Of a stretch of DNA of 16,581 bases, positions 15,413 through 16,581 are shown in pieces (the first letter of the stretch is position 1; every line of letters begins with the position of its first letter). The position numbers were made by a program, and so were the translations under genes. Under the pieces are notes generated by a model. That model was not told the origin of the DNA, did not search any database, and was given only the letters and a program-made list of their open reading frames with translations. The stretch is taken from NCBI GenBank assembly GCA_038321865.1, contig JBBQFH010000043.1, positions 1 through 16,581 on the forward strand, given 5' to 3'. The stretch comes from Gemmatimonadales bacterium (GTDB lineage: Bacteria; Gemmatimonadota; Gemmatimonadetes; Gemmatimonadales; GWC2-71-9).

Positions 15413-16581
15413 GTGGATATTGCTGAGCTGAAGCAGAAGTCCGTCGCGGAGCTGCACACCCTCGCAGAGCAGTTGAACATCACCAACTACTCCGGGCTCC
15501 GCAAGCAGGACCTCATCTTCCGCATCGAGCAGTCGCTGCTGGATCAGGATACGGTGATCCGCGGCGAGGGCGTGCTGGAGATCCTGCCTGAAGGGTACGG
15601 ATTCCTGCGCAGCCAGGACTGGAACTACCTGTACGGCCCCGACGACATCTACGTGAGCCCGAGCCAGATCAAGCGCTTCGATCTGCGCACCGGTGACACG
15701 GTGATGGGCCAGGTCCGCCCGCCCAAGGAAGGCGAGCGCTACCTCGCGCTGCTGAAGGTCGAGAGCGTCAACTTCGAGGAGCCGGAGAAGACCAAGCACC
15801 GGATCGCCTTCGACAACCTGAAGCCGCGCTACCCCGACGAGCGGATCCGCCTCGAGCGCGCCACCGGCGATCTCTCCATGCGGGTGGTCGACCTGCTCTC
15901 GCCGATCGGCAAGGGCCAGCGTGGCCTGATCGTGGCGCCGCCGAAGGCCGGCAAGACGATCCTGATGCAGAAGCTCGCCAACGCCATCAGCGAGAACCAC
16001 CCCGAGGTGGTGCTGATCGTGCTGCTGATCGACGAGCGGCCGGAAGAAGTCACGGACATGGAGGAGAACGTCAAGGCGGAAGTGATCTCCTCCACCTTCG
16101 ACGAGCCGGCCGACCGCCACGTGCAGGTGGCCGACATGGTCATCGAAAAGGCCAAGCGCCTCGTGGAGCACGGGCGCGACGTCGTGATTCTCCTCGACTC
16201 GATCACCCGCCTGGCCCGCGCCCACAACGTGGTGGTGCCGCATTCCGGCAAGATCCTCTCCGGCGGCGTCGACGCCAACGCCCTGCAGAAACCGAAGCGG
16301 TTCTTCGGCGCCGCGCGGAACATCGACAAGGGCGGCTCCCTCACCATCATCGCCACGGCGCTGATCGACACCGGCAGCCGGATGGACGAGGTCATCTTCG
16401 AGGAATTCAAGGGCACCGGCAACATGGAGCTCGTGCTGGACCGCCGCCTCGCCGACCGCCGCATCTACCCCGCCATCGACATCCAGCGCACCTCCACCCG
16501 GAAAGAAGAGCTCCTCATGGACAAGGATGAGCTCAACCGGGTCTACCTGCTTCGCAACTTCCTCGCCGACATGCCGCCGGT
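15413..16581 (+). CDS. rho: Transcription termination factor Rho (3' end beyond window)
   Basis: Not in the ORF track because there is no stop in the window. Translation: [14 protein letters not shown]...[15 protein letters not shown]...[19 protein letters not shown]...[19 protein letters not shown]...[13 protein letters not shown]...[11 protein letters not shown]...[29 protein letters not shown] 15413 has GGAG at 15401-15404. An in-frame ATG at 15395 is an alternative start. Confidence 0.98.
   Translation, partial: MDIAELKQKSVAELHTLAEQLNITNYSGLRKQDLIFRIEQSLLDQDTVIRGEGVLEILPEGYGFLRSQDWNYLYGPDDIYVSPSQIKRFDLRTGDTVMGQVRPPKEGERYLALLKVESVNFEEPEKTKHRIAFDNLKPRYPDERIRLERATGDLSMRVVDLLSPIGKGQRGLIVAPPKAGKTILMQKLANAISENHPEVVLIVLLIDERPEEVTDMEENVKAEVISSTFDEPADRHVQVADMVIEKAKRLVEHGRDVVILLDSITRLARAHNVVVPHSGKILSGGVDANALQKPKRFFGAARNIDKGGSLTIIATALIDTGSRMDEVIFEEFKGTGNMELVLDRRLADRRIYPAIDIQRTSTRKEELLMDKDELNRVYLLRNFLADMPP

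Noticed and set aside
15184..15426. 80-aa plus-strand ORF upstream of rho as a leader peptide
   Set aside because: Its TTG start is the -35 hexamer itself, so it lies upstream of the predicted transcript. It has no SD and no recognisable motif.
15326..16464. Long minus-strand ORFs (305 aa and 211 aa) opposite rho
   Set aside because: Typical antisense shadows of a codon-biased high-GC gene. The plus strand is unambiguously Rho.
1..16581. CRISPR array, tRNA/rRNA, IS element, prophage or defence genes
   Set aside because: No spaced repeats, RNA-gene signatures, transposase/integrase motifs or compositional island seen by eye. Intergenic gaps are all under about 240 nt.

Overview
High-GC bacterial chromosomal window, almost fully coding. 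The overall style and the Rho sequence suggest Gemmatimonadota, but that is an unverified impression. From left to right: (1) a leftward, translationally coupled run acnA -> GH38 alpha-mannosidase -> HGSNAT/DUF5009-type acetyltransferase (truncated by the window); (2) a divergent REC+HD-GYP response regulator; (3) a five-gene leftward MoxR module (membrane protein, DUF4129, DUF4350, MoxR ATPase, DUF58) facing away from a fused RDD-SpoIIM gene; (4) a 62-75 aa stand-alone HisKA protein downstream of a site-2 protease; (5) rho, with a sigma70-like promoter and a long C-rich leader (truncated by the window). I see no tRNA, rRNA, CRISPR array or mobile element. The most notable items are a 45-aa C-terminal tail on aconitase ending in [11 protein letters not shown], the kinase-less HisKA miniprotein, and the uncharacterised MoxR/RDD-SpoIIM membrane module. 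All family calls come from motif recognition by eye, not database searches.
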